IMG/VR virus record: IMGVR_UViG_3300009597_000014
Span: 10,835-74,834 of that record
Reading direction: 5' to 3' (one strand)
Source of the DNA: a virus
DNA length: 64,000 nucleotides
The number at the start of each line of letters is the position of its first letter. Within the stretch, counting starts at the first letter, position 1. Below are positions 28,759 to 37,009 of the stretch, one piece after another. The translations under genes and the position numbers were made by a program. The notes under the pieces are model-generated. The model did no database searches. It saw only the letters and a program-made list of their open reading frames with translations, and was not told where the DNA came from.

Positions 28759-28904
28759 TTTATTTCATAGCGGGCAAAGCCAATAAACAGCCTCCCGTCC
28801 CTATTGTCGCGCCCACGCACCAGCCACCAGCGGCTTGGCCACAAGCGGACAAGTTTGCGAATACCGAGCAGCGTCGTTGCGTAGCCTGTGCGATGCAGCG
28901 GCAT
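28755..28904 (-). CDS. 49-aa array protein (not in ORF track)
   Basis: Hand translation MPLHRTGYATTLLGIRKLVRLWPSRWWLVRGRDNRDGRLFIGFARYEIK; TAATG and ATGA overlaps fit exactly. Confidence 0.5.
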   Translation of the reverse strand: MPLHRTGYATTLLGIRKLVRLWPSRWWLVRGRDNRDGRLFIGFARYEIK

Positions 28905-29104
28905 TAGCCCCCCTTCGCCAGCGCGGCGCGGGCCAAGTCACCGATGCTTCGCTCTTGGCTTCCCAGCTTCCAGCTTTCGTCATAGGTGTTGGCGATCTTC
29001 GTCAGCGCCTCGCGCAGCCGGTCGTTCTCGGCCCGAAGGTGTTGAAGATCGGCTTCCGAGCGTTCGACATAGTCGGCGAATTGTTGTTCCGTCAGGTCGC
29101 TCAT
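28904..29104 (-). CDS. Array protein (Ead/Ea22-like coiled coil)
   Basis: MSDLTEQ...LRAENDRLREALTKIA...ARAALAKGG. Confidence 0.65.
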   Translation of the reverse strand: MSDLTEQQFADYVERSEADLQHLRAENDRLREALTKIANTYDESWKLGSQERSIGDLARAALAKGG

Positions 29105-29271
29105 TTCCTTGCCTCCTTCGCCAGCGTGACATCGACGAACCGCACCGGCCACATCACGATGCGGCCATACACGGCAAGCGCCCGTTCGACCCAGTCCCGG
29201 CGATGGCTGGAGTAGATAGGTATCCACTGGCCCTCGATGAGAGCTTCCACGCGGTAAGTCAGCGGTCTCAT
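29101..29271 (-). CDS. 56-aa array protein (not in ORF track)
   Basis: Hand translation MRPLTYRVEALIEGQWIPIY...VDVTLAKEARK; ATGA overlaps at both ends. Confidence 0.6.
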   Translation of the reverse strand: MRPLTYRVEALIEGQWIPIYSSHRRDWVERALAVYGRIVMWPVRFVDVTLAKEARK

Positions 29272-29465
29272 TTCCCCGCCTCCTTCGCACGAAAAGGCGC
29301 CTTACAACTGAAACAATTCCAGCCGTTCTTTTTTGCAAGGCCAGCACTCGTTCGATGCTGGCAGGCTGTGTAGCGATAGCGGGGTTTGTCTTTACCCATT
29401 CCAGTTCTCAAGCTGTCACGATGTGCTGCGTCAGCCCACGATCTCCAACCTGGCATGTCGGTCAT
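29268..29465 (-). CDS. Array protein with Cys/His motif
   Basis: MTDMPGW...ACQH...CFSC...AKEAGK; start at ATGA overlap. Confidence 0.6.
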   Translation of the reverse strand: MTDMPGWRSWADAAHRDSLRTGMGKDKPRYRYTACQHRTSAGLAKKNGWNCFSCKAPFRAKEAGK

Positions 29466-29716
29466 GAGGAGGCTCCTGCTAGAGCGTCGAGGGCAATGCG
29501 CTCCATGCGCTCGATGATGCTGCCGGGCTTGATGTACTGCTTGCTTGGGCGCATATACGCGATGCTTGTCAGGGCCTCGCGCAGCCGGTTGCGCTCGGCG
29601 TGAATATCCCTCAAATATGCTTCGAGGATCGTCTCCGCGCCTTTGATTTCTATGGTGTGATCGGTTCTGAGCAGCAAATGCCCGCCGCATATTGTGCATG
29701 GCTTCAGGTCGCTCAT
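29462..29716 (-). CDS. Array protein with Lar-like LKPCxxCGG N-terminus
   Basis: MSDLKPCTICGG...AERNRLREALTSIA. Confidence 0.6.
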   Translation of the reverse strand: MSDLKPCTICGGHLLLRTDHTIEIKGAETILEAYLRDIHAERNRLREALTSIAYMRPSKQYIKPGSIIERMERIALDALAGASS

Positions 29717-29940
29717 TTCCCAGCCTCGAACTCAAGGTGTTTGATGAGGACAGCTTCAAGACGCCCGACGTTATTACGAATGTCCCTAAAATCGTTAGCT
29801 ATTTCGATCAGGTCGTGGCGTATTTCCTTCAATCGCAGACGAGCTTCGAGGATGTTAGTATTAATCGTTGACAAACAGTAATAAAGCAGACCAGTCGCCA
29901 TAACGATTACTACCAAAATGATAAGCGCGACTTCGGTCAT
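29713..29940 (-). CDS. Array membrane-anchored coiled-coil protein
   Basis: MTEVALIILVVIVMATGLLYY...FEAGK. Confidence 0.6.
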   Translation of the reverse strand: MTEVALIILVVIVMATGLLYYCLSTINTNILEARLRLKEIRHDLIEIANDFRDIRNNVGRLEAVLIKHLEFEAGK

Positions 29941-30239
29941 TGCCCTGCCTCCTTCGCCAGCGCTAGCCCGAGAGTGGCAATCCGCTTGACCCACTCCGGC
30001 GCACGCCGATGCTCGCTGATGATGGTCAGTGCTTCGCGCAGCCGGTCCCGCTCATCGCTTACCTCGGCCCAAAGCTGTTCAAAGCTGGCGTTCTTATCCA
30101 GCGCATCCTTGTATCTCTGAGTTTCATATTCGGCTTTCTCCAGTGCCTCACACAGCCGCTCGATCTTGGCTTCAAGTTCAGCGATCCGGTCGCGATATTC
30201 CTTGGTTTCCCATTGTTCGTCAGCGTTGTGTTGCGTCAT
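29937..30239 (-). CDS. Array coiled-coil protein
   Basis: RIAELEAKIERL...ERDRLREALT...ALAKEAGQ. Confidence 0.65.
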   Translation of the reverse strand: MTQHNADEQWETKEYRDRIAELEAKIERLCEALEKAEYETQRYKDALDKNASFEQLWAEVSDERDRLREALTIISEHRRAPEWVKRIATLGLALAKEAGQ

Positions 30240-30463
30240 TCCCCCGCCTCCTTCGCCAGCGCGGCACGAGCGATTTCGTTAGCGAACGCCCCGGCGCTGT
30301 ATGTTCCTACCCAGCCGTATGTCCCCTGCATTTTTGCGATGCGTGTCAGCGCATCACGCAGCTGCCTGATTTCAGCAAGCGACGCTGCTGGTTCGTGATA
30401 GGCTTCATCGTCCGTCATGGCCGAAGCGTCTTCTCGCCGTGGCATCACGCTTTCAACCCCCAT
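30236..30463 (-). CDS. Array protein (start uncertain)
   Basis: EIRQLRDALTRIA...IARAALAKEAGE. Confidence 0.55.
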   Translation of the reverse strand: MGVESVMPRREDASAMTDDEAYHEPAASLAEIRQLRDALTRIAKMQGTYGWVGTYSAGAFANEIARAALAKEAGE

Positions 30464-30519
30464 GGCTGGCGATCATCCGGGCGGTAGGCCGGGTTCGGAA
30501 GAAGTTCATGTTGGGCTCC

Positions 30520-30846
30520 TCAGAAAGGGATTTCGTCGTCGGCGACGCGCCGTCTACGCGGCGCCGCTTTGATCGTCTTCGTCCGTTCTGCCGCCTCCTC
30601 TGAGGTTCCTGATTTGAGAGCGGCCTGCAAAACAAGCCGCGCATTGTGTCCCGGCATCCTCGCTGGACTGCCGTAAGTGCGCTCAAGAAGCAGGTCTACT
30701 GCTTCCGTCATCGCACCCCGTAGCCGGTCGCGTTCGGCCTCTGCTTCAAGGACACGCTTCCACGCATTTTGCGCATCGTCCAGGGCACGTTCCAGATCGG
30801 ACAGTCGCACCCATACCTCACCATCTTCCTCGATGGTTCGTTTCAT
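30520..30846 (-). CDS. Array protein ending in SSB-like tail DDEIPF
   Basis: Start MKRTIEE at ATGA overlap; AERDRLRGA segment. Confidence 0.6.
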   Translation of the reverse strand: MKRTIEEDGEVWVRLSDLERALDDAQNAWKRVLEAEAERDRLRGAMTEAVDLLLERTYGSPARMPGHNARLVLQAALKSGTSEEAAERTKTIKAAPRRRRVADDEIPF

Positions 30847-31166
30847 TTCCTCACCTCCTTCGCCAGTGCCACGCGGGCGATTACGCCAATTCCACCCAGT
30901 ATATGCGGGTGTGCTTCCGACCATCCGTTGATCTTCTCAAGCGCCTCACGTAGTTGCTCGTTCTCGGCCTTAGCTTCGTCACGCTGGCGCAGAGCCATGT
31001 CGGTCATCTTCTTCCAGACGCGCCTAACATTGCTATCGGTCTTACTTTCGAAGGCGACTTTCCAGTCGTCCCGTTCCTTCACCAACCGGTCGTTCTCGGC
31101 TCGGAGGGCTTTGCAATCAGCCTCGGCTGCGTCGTAAGCAGCTTCGTAAATGTTGATGTCGTTCAT
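30843..31166 (-). CDS. Array coiled-coil protein
   Basis: LRAENDRL...AENEQLREALEKI...IARVALAKEVRK. Confidence 0.65.
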   Translation of the reverse strand: MNDINIYEAAYDAAEADCKALRAENDRLVKERDDWKVAFESKTDSNVRRVWKKMTDMALRQRDEAKAENEQLREALEKINGWSEAHPHILGGIGVIARVALAKEVRK

Positions 31167-31399
31167 TTCCCCGCCTCCTTTACCGTCGCGACCTTGGCAA
31201 TACGTCTTGCTTCATGCGGATCGTCCAGCCAATTCAGTTCTGCGATTTTTTCCAGTGCTTTGCGCAATTGGTCGTTCTCAGCCTCAAGTTTGGCAATACG
31301 ATTTCGAGCGGTCCAGATGGCAGTGGCAAGTGTTTTCATTGTCTTGTCCCGCTTAATCTTTTGACCGTAATTATATGCTGTATCCTCTAATTTATTCAT
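31163..31399 (-). CDS. First array protein (start uncertain)
   Basis: LEAENDQLRKALEKIA...VKEAGK. Confidence 0.6.
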   Translation of the reverse strand: MNKLEDTAYNYGQKIKRDKTMKTLATAIWTARNRIAKLEAENDQLRKALEKIAELNWLDDPHEARRIAKVATVKEAGK

Positions 31400-32654
31400 T
31401 GAGGTGAACAATCTGGCCTTGAGCCACTTTAGCATCTCGATTATTAAGAGCGACCCAGATAATAGGTATATTTAATCCCGGTGGTAATGGTTCCATTGGA
31501 TCACATTCCAGATCCGAGAATATCACCACAGCTGTTGGTTCGTTCTTGACGATCCATTCCCTGACACAGACGAGAGACGTACCTCCTCGGCCTGTGATCT
31601 TGATCTCATCGAAGGGATCGTCCTTAAGGAACACATCTTCCTGTTGGATCTGGGTGTCAAACTGCACCATAGTCAGCTTCTCGGGCTGATAGGTGTCTTT
31701 GACGTATTTGAACTCCGAGTTGAAACGGATGCTATCGCCATCACTAATGGAACCAGAGACATCCTGGAAATTCACAATGTGGTCCAACCCCTGACGATCA
31801 TCGACCAAGCCGGGAAGGTAGATGTCCTGGTAGCGCCTATTGGGCCGCATCCAGCTGTAATCCAGGTTGGCCAGCTCATTGAAGAACTGGTGGAGGATCC
31901 TGTCCCAAGGTAATTTTGGTGACAGGAAGCGCTTGAGAGTGATCTGTACCTCTCCAGGCATATCTCCCGCACCACCAGAGATCGCAGCGGTATGGGCTGC
32001 AGAGACAACATTGTTGATGACTGTATGTTCGATCGACTTCTGGTCATCGATGCTCTCGGCCTCTATGATATCACCCGAATCACCCTCTCCAGTTTCCTCG
32101 TCAGTGTGACCCCACATAAACTTGGGAAAGGTAGTTTTTAGTTCCTCTAGCTCTTCGTCGCGTCTGCGAACCAGGTCGTCATAAACAGCCTCAGTGACCC
32201 ACCCGTCATACCGGTGATCGAGCCATGGTTTGAGACCCTCGAACGAATGGCCCTCGAGATCGAGCATATTATTGATGACGATATCGCCAGCCAGATTCCA
32301 AAGGTAGGGTTCCCTGGTTCCTCTTCTGAGCATATGCAGCAGACCAGGATGCCAGAGCTCGTGCAACAGGACGGTGCCTCTGGACTTGGGTTTGGTCTTC
32401 AAGAAGAACCGCGGATTCCACAGGAGTCTGATTCCGTTGGTGCAGGCAGTAGCGATGTCGACTGTCCATGAAAAATTCATGGAGCACATCAATGGACCCA
32501 GGAAGGCTGCGTTCTTACCCAAAAAAACCTTCGATTTGACCCGATCCAGTTCCCGATCCAGAAGCCGATAATTGAGCTCCGGTAATGGTTTCTTCTTTTT
32601 CTGGTTCGCTTTGATCAGTTCCGGTGTCATTACCGTCATCGACAATGTCGTCAT
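31392..32654 (-). CDS. Metallopeptidase-like + vWA domain protein (N4 gp25-like)
   Basis: TACTNG, HELWH, WNLAGD.VIN; MIDAS DVSGS, GGTS, FSD. Confidence 0.85.
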   Translation of the reverse strand: MTTLSMTVMTPELIKANQKKKKPLPELNYRLLDRELDRVKSKVFLGKNAAFLGPLMCSMNFSWTVDIATACTNGIRLLWNPRFFLKTKPKSRGTVLLHELWHPGLLHMLRRGTREPYLWNLAGDIVINNMLDLEGHSFEGLKPWLDHRYDGWVTEAVYDDLVRRRDEELEELKTTFPKFMWGHTDEETGEGDSGDIIEAESIDDQKSIEHTVINNVVSAAHTAAISGGAGDMPGEVQITLKRFLSPKLPWDRILHQFFNELANLDYSWMRPNRRYQDIYLPGLVDDRQGLDHIVNFQDVSGSISDGDSIRFNSEFKYVKDTYQPEKLTMVQFDTQIQQEDVFLKDDPFDEIKITGRGGTSLVCVREWIVKNEPTAVVIFSDLECDPMEPLPPGLNIPIIWVALNNRDAKVAQGQIVHLNE

Positions 32655-33723
32655 GGAGATACCTCGAGAGTTCAACCATCGCTGCTCTGAAAGCAGGATG
32701 ACGTTTCATTTGTGGTTTCTGAACCATCAGAGCCCGGAAAAACAGGATTCTAAACTCAGATCCAAGCCTGTTGATGTAAATAGAAATATCAGCCAAATTA
32801 TCATTAGCTACATTTTCTATCAAATAGGTAACAGTTGCCCATTTGGTGGAGCTATCAGCAGGAAGCCTGGTTCCAATTGGATCCTTGATGATTTCTTTTA
32901 GCTTAGGCAATGATTCATAAACTTTAGTAAAATTGATAAAATCAGTAGCTACTCCAGAGGTAATAGCACCTGCATAAAGAGCAGCCTCTTCCTCCATCTC
33001 ATAGAAGGAGGATCCATCAGCCCTGGTTCGGGTTTTGAATTCCTTGCCTTTAATAAGCTTGTTCATGAATTCCCAGGTTCTGGGAGCACAGAAAGTCTTA
33101 TCATTATGGTCAGGTCTAAAATCATGCAATAATGCTTTCTTCATATTCAAGAAAGCCACAATTCGACCATCCCAGGCAAACCTAAGAGCCACGTCTTCCA
33201 TGAACTCATCAAAATTGAGCTCCATGGTCAGATGGATCAATCTTGACTGCATGGCAGTGGAGAGGGGATTAACAATCGATCGGTCGGTCGTAAGGTTACC
33301 CGCACAAACGATAACGACATTGGAGTGGAGCTTACGGAGCCCAACCATTTTGTCGAGGACAAGTTTGTAGGCTGCAGCCTGAACCATCTTTGAGGCTGCA
33401 TTGAACTCGTCCAGGAATAACATCCATCCTTGGTAACCATCGGGAATAGGAGTCCCCTCAACTGGGAAATTTTCGAATGGAATGAAGCTGGCACTTCTTT
33501 CTGTTAGCTTAGGCAGGCCAGACAGATCTTCCGGGGCTGATGTGCTCAGCCTATGGTCTATCATCTTCAGGTTAAATTCCTTGGCAATCTCAGCCACGAT
33601 GGCACTCTTGCCCATGGCAGGAGAGGATTGCACAAAGGGAACCAGGCCTGAGAACATGCACCTGATGATGTATTTTTTGACCTGTCTGGGGGTACAGGTG
33701 TAGGCACTCAAGCCTGCAGCCAT
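32515..33723 (-). CDS. MoxR-like AAA ATPase (N4 gp24-like)
   Basis: SSPAMGKS, LFLDEFN, AGN, PRTW; paired with vWA protein. Confidence 0.85.
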   Translation of the reverse strand: MAAGLSAYTCTPRQVKKYIIRCMFSGLVPFVQSSPAMGKSAIVAEIAKEFNLKMIDHRLSTSAPEDLSGLPKLTERSASFIPFENFPVEGTPIPDGYQGWMLFLDEFNAASKMVQAAAYKLVLDKMVGLRKLHSNVVIVCAGNLTTDRSIVNPLSTAMQSRLIHLTMELNFDEFMEDVALRFAWDGRIVAFLNMKKALLHDFRPDHNDKTFCAPRTWEFMNKLIKGKEFKTRTRADGSSFYEMEEEAALYAGAITSGVATDFINFTKVYESLPKLKEIIKDPIGTRLPADSSTKWATVTYLIENVANDNLADISIYINRLGSEFRILFFRALMVQKPQMKRHPAFRAAMVELSRYLHDDIVDDGNDTGTDQSEPEKEETITGAQLSASGSGTGSGQIEGFFG

Positions 33724-33755
33724 GAGACTTTCCTCACTAAGTTGATAATACAGAA

Positions 33756-33959
33756 TTAATTGGAGATGGCAACCATGCCATCGGTGTCATTCCACCGATA
33801 ATTGGCAGGCTGGTCGGACGGTACGACACGGTAGTCGTCACATTGCGTCCAATTAAACATTTTATTGTAACCAGCTTTACTGGCTTCACCTTCAGTTTCA
33901 AAAAAAGCTTGATTGTCGTACCATTTTCCTTGAACGTTAACTTCATAACGATAAGACAT
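33756..33959 (-). CDS. Hypothetical protein
   Basis: RBS AAGGAG; W.DN...F.TE.EA...W....DYRVV.S..P.NYRW. Confidence 0.65.
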   Translation of the reverse strand: MSYRYEVNVQGKWYDNQAFFETEGEASKAGYNKMFNWTQCDDYRVVPSDQPANYRWNDTDGMVAISN

Positions 33960-33992
33960 TGGTTTCTCCTTTCTGGAACCAGAAAAAAGAAA

Positions 33993-34244
33993 TTAGACTT
34001 TTGAAATATCAATGTCTAATTCGGCAGTCTGGATCTGATAGGATTCATCATCCTTGGCTTCGAAGTAGTGCTCAATCATTTCATCTGGATCCTCTGGCTT
34101 GACATGCTCTGGATCCATTTCGTCTCCCCACCAGCTATCGACATAATTCTTAACGATTTTATTGGCAGCTTCTGCAGAAGGACTGGCATAGAGATCGTCG
34201 CCATGCTTGTGACTGATATGAGTAATCCAGACTGTGATTTTCAT
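33993..34244 (-). CDS. Hypothetical acidic protein
   Basis: ATGA-coupled ORF. Confidence 0.6.
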   Translation of the reverse strand: MKITVWITHISHKHGDDLYASPSAEAANKIVKNYVDSWWGDEMDPEHVKPEDPDEMIEHYFEAKDDESYQIQTAELDIDISKV

Positions 34245-34708
34245 GCTGCCCTCTTTCTAGCAGGTTTAACAAATGGTACATTAACGCAGAGTTTATGATG
34301 TTTGTCACAATAGACACTATTAGGTAATTTAGCTTCACCACAAAATAGTCCTTTATCGCCAGGCTGTTCATGATGTTCCCACATAGGGAATTTACAATGA
34401 AATTCCTTAAGTCTGACTAAGGTTATTCCTTCCATTTCTGGTTCCTCCTCTATAATGACTGGTGCATATTTGAGGACAGGTTTAGGTTTAACTTCAGTTT
34501 CAGATTTTTTAGCATTCATGCCTTTGACAGGTAAATGAGGCAAACCAATTTGTTTTAGTCTAGGTGTTCTCCAGATAATACCCATTACTGAATTACGAGT
34601 ACGACTCACAGCCTCAGCAATCTGTTTGCTCGTGAAATTCTTAGTGAGCATCATTTCTGCTATCTTATTAATTTCCTCTTCGGTTGGTGATCCAGTCCTA
34701 GCAATCAT
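34241..34708 (-). CDS. gcrA: GcrA family cell-cycle regulator
   Basis: N-terminal HTH (TSKQIAE..SRTRNSVMGIIWR) and C-terminal CKFP.W...FCG.......YCDKH. Confidence 0.85.
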   Translation of the reverse strand: MIARTGSPTEEEINKIAEMMLTKNFTSKQIAEAVSRTRNSVMGIIWRTPRLKQIGLPHLPVKGMNAKKSETEVKPKPVLKYAPVIIEEEPEMEGITLVRLKEFHCKFPMWEHHEQPGDKGLFCGEAKLPNSVYCDKHHKLCVNVPFVKPARKRAA

Positions 34709-34965
34709 GCAAGCCTCTTATCCGTTGCCAACCAGGTCGGCATAGTTATGTCTAATTCTTTACGTTCTGATATAATATTACCAGTTTCAACTATAGTAAT
34801 TCTTATTAATGGTAAGAATACTATATCTTCGTTAATAGCTATTGAGACAGCTATTGACATTCCACCTTTATGATAAAAGCGTTCCAAACACCTAATGGTA
34901 ATTGGAGTCCAATCTCTACCGTCTTCGTCAATATAGCTCATGATTATTTTCTCATCCATACCCAC
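34705..34965 (-). CDS. Hypothetical protein
   Basis: ORF ending ITMPTWLATDKRL; start may be internal. Confidence 0.55.
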   Translation of the reverse strand: MGMDEKIIMSYIDEDGRDWTPITIRCLERFYHKGGMSIAVSIAINEDIVFLPLIRITIVETGNIISERKELDITMPTWLATDKRLA

Positions 34966-35025
34966 ATAATGAAGGCTATCACAAGCAGTGATATTATAAC
35001 TGTGTACATACTAGGATTTCCATAA

Positions 35026-35229
35026 TCAAACATTAGGACCACCTTGAGCCAGTTTGATATGTAATTCCTCAATTTTTTTATGTAATATAATACGATCGTT
35101 CCTGAGTCCTATGAGTGTCTTGATGACCAGGTCTATTGCCTTGGGTCCTATGGCTGGTTTTTGACCCAGCCATTCAATGAACACATCGATGTCTTCGTCA
35201 GCAAGTGTTGGCACAGGATAATCGTTCAT
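35026..35229 (-). CDS. Hypothetical protein
   Basis: RBS GGGAG. Confidence 0.55.
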   Translation of the reverse strand: MNDYPVPTLADEDIDVFIEWLGQKPAIGPKAIDLVIKTLIGLRNDRIILHKKIEELHIKLAQGGPNV

Positions 35230-35240
35230 GGTAACTCCCT

Positions 35241-35274
35241 AAAAAAATAAACCCCCGCCAATATGGCGAGGGTT
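35241..35274 (-). terminator. Rho-independent terminator after Ig-domain gene
   Basis: AACCC.CGCCA/TGGCG.GGGTT stem plus T-run on the - strand. Confidence 0.65.
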
Positions 35275-35297
35275 CATAGTTTCTAGTAATTAAGAAA

Positions 35298-36152
35298 TCA
35301 TTTTTTTGATTTCTTTCTATAATCATCATCATCGTCATCTTTGCCTTTGACGAGCTTGGCTAAACGGGCATCACCTTTAGATTTCTCCTCGGCTTCTTCC
35401 TCTTCAGCTTCAGCCTTTGCCTTGGCATCCGCTGCAGTCTTGGCCTTCTTGGAAGCTTTGGTATCTTCTTCCTCGTCGTCAGCCATGAGTAGAAGAGCAG
35501 CTGTCACAGTGACACCAGCCTCAGTTATATGGCCCACGTATTTATGGGCAATCCTGATGACGGTAGTGCCTGGAGCAACGCCTGTGACGACTCCAGCGGC
35601 ACTTACGGTGGCAATAGACGTATTGGCACTGACGAAGTCATTGTCTGCCACAGCAGACGCTACATCGCCTGGCTGAAGCTTTACAGCAAGGGTAGCTGTC
35701 GCAGCGACCACCATAGCTACGGGAGCACAGGTGATACCCGTTGAAAGCATGATTGGGCCATGGCGCTTGATTCGAATATTGGCCATGTCATGGATGCCAT
35801 GAGGAAACATGGATCCAGGCGTTGGGCCGCTATAAGCAGGGAGACCGTTTAGAGCTACAGGCGGTGCCACCCATCCAGTGGTGGGTGGTGTCGTAGTAGC
35901 TGGTGTTGCGAACAGACGTTTGGCGACAACCTCTCTGACGTGATGAAAAGCTGTGTGGTTGAGTCCATATTTGTGAAGCGGATCGGTTCCAGCAGCGTGG
36001 TCAACCGTGCCAAGGCTGGTGCCTGTACCCGGTAGCGTATCTGCACCAACAGCGACAAAGACATCAAATCCTGGCCTGATGGGAATTGGTTGACCACTGG
36101 GCAGCAGAGTAGTGGTGTCCATAGGACCAAGTTCCAGTTTATAAGTAGCCAT
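35298..36152 (-). CDS. Ig-like (Big_2) domain capsid decoration protein (N4 gp17-like) with charged tail
   Basis: FVSANTSIATVSAAGVVTGVAPGTTVI; RBS CAGGAG before ATG at 36152; follows RNAP II. Confidence 0.75.
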   Translation of the reverse strand: MATYKLELGPMDTTTLLPSGQPIPIRPGFDVFVAVGADTLPGTGTSLGTVDHAAGTDPLHKYGLNHTAFHHVREVVAKRLFATPATTTPPTTGWVAPPVALNGLPAYSGPTPGSMFPHGIHDMANIRIKRHGPIMLSTGITCAPVAMVVAATATLAVKLQPGDVASAVADNDFVSANTSIATVSAAGVVTGVAPGTTVIRIAHKYVGHITEAGVTVTAALLLMADDEEEDTKASKKAKTAADAKAKAEAEEEEAEEKSKGDARLAKLVKGKDDDDDDYRKKSKK

Positions 36153-36164
36153 TTGCAATCTCCT

Positions 36165-36207
36165 GAAAAAATAAGGGCGCCGCTCCCTAAGAGTCAGGAG
36201 CGACGCC
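36165..36207 (-). terminator. Terminator after RNAP II subunit 2
   Basis: GGCG.CGCTCC/GGAGCG.CGCC stem then TTATTTTTT on the - strand. Confidence 0.65.
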
Positions 36208-36213
36208 ATGTTA

Positions 36214-37009
36214 TCAGGAAAGTGCGTAGTTGGTAACTCGAATATCAGCAGGTAGTGTCGGATCGATCTTGCCAGCTGTGATATGTTTTCCGGTGATCTG
36301 ACCAACGATCGAACCAAGGATCTTGGATTCAGCTATTTCAGCCAGCAGATTATTATATTGCTGTCTGAGATCATTTCCATGGTTCGGAAGGCATCTGAAA
36401 CAGTCATGGATGGAGATAACCTGGAATGGTTTATCTGGTAATGACCTGAGTAATTGTCTAATAATTTCAGGATTAACCAATCCCATATTATCAATGTTCA
36501 GATACTCCAGGATCCTAGCTGATAAGAATCCTGTCATTTGGTAGTTGATCCAGAGCTGTTGAACGAGCCTGTCGTTCTCGTATCTGGATCGGTGTCCTCC
36601 TCCACCTACGAATGCTAAACCCTGCAGTTTCTTGATCTTGATTGGATCGTAGTTACACCTTCTGTTCATTTCCCTGACGATCATGCCATCAATGGAATGA
36701 ACCATGTTGGCTCCCAATGAGCGTCCTCCCTTGATGGGCATGTTCTCATTGAAGATAACGTCATATGGTTCATCCAGGAATGTGACAGGTTCTATTATCT
36801 GACCCATTACCTTAACTTTCACATGGAAATTATCAGGTAATGTCCATTGATTAATCAGGGCTGTCGGATCCCAGATACCAAGCATGGTCTCATTGATTTC
36901 CCATGCTCCTGGTGCATTCTCCTGGATTGTCTCATAGAAGGTCCTGAGCAGTTCACCCTCGCCGAATATCTGCTTGGGTGTGGCTGTGGACCCATAGAAC
37001 GCTGTCATA
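36214..37009 (-). CDS. RNA polymerase II subunit 2 (N4 gp16-like), exon 2
   Basis: MTAFYGS (end of motif B), ANMVHSIDG, SIHDCF (motif C), NYALS end. Confidence 0.92.

Larger units (their letters stand above)
28904..31182 (-). repeat. Dispersed ~25-nt gene-junction repeat GCGCTGGCGAAGGAGGCnGGGAAATGA (8 copies, some partial)
   Basis: Copies begin (+ coordinates) at 28904, 29101, 29268, 29713, 29937, 30236, 30843, 31163. Confidence 0.9.

Noticed and set aside
28904-31182. CRISPR array
   Set aside because: Repeats are degenerate, spaced 170-600 nt apart, and the spacers are coupled ORFs; the Cas4-like nuclease is the standard N4 gp42-type replication gene.
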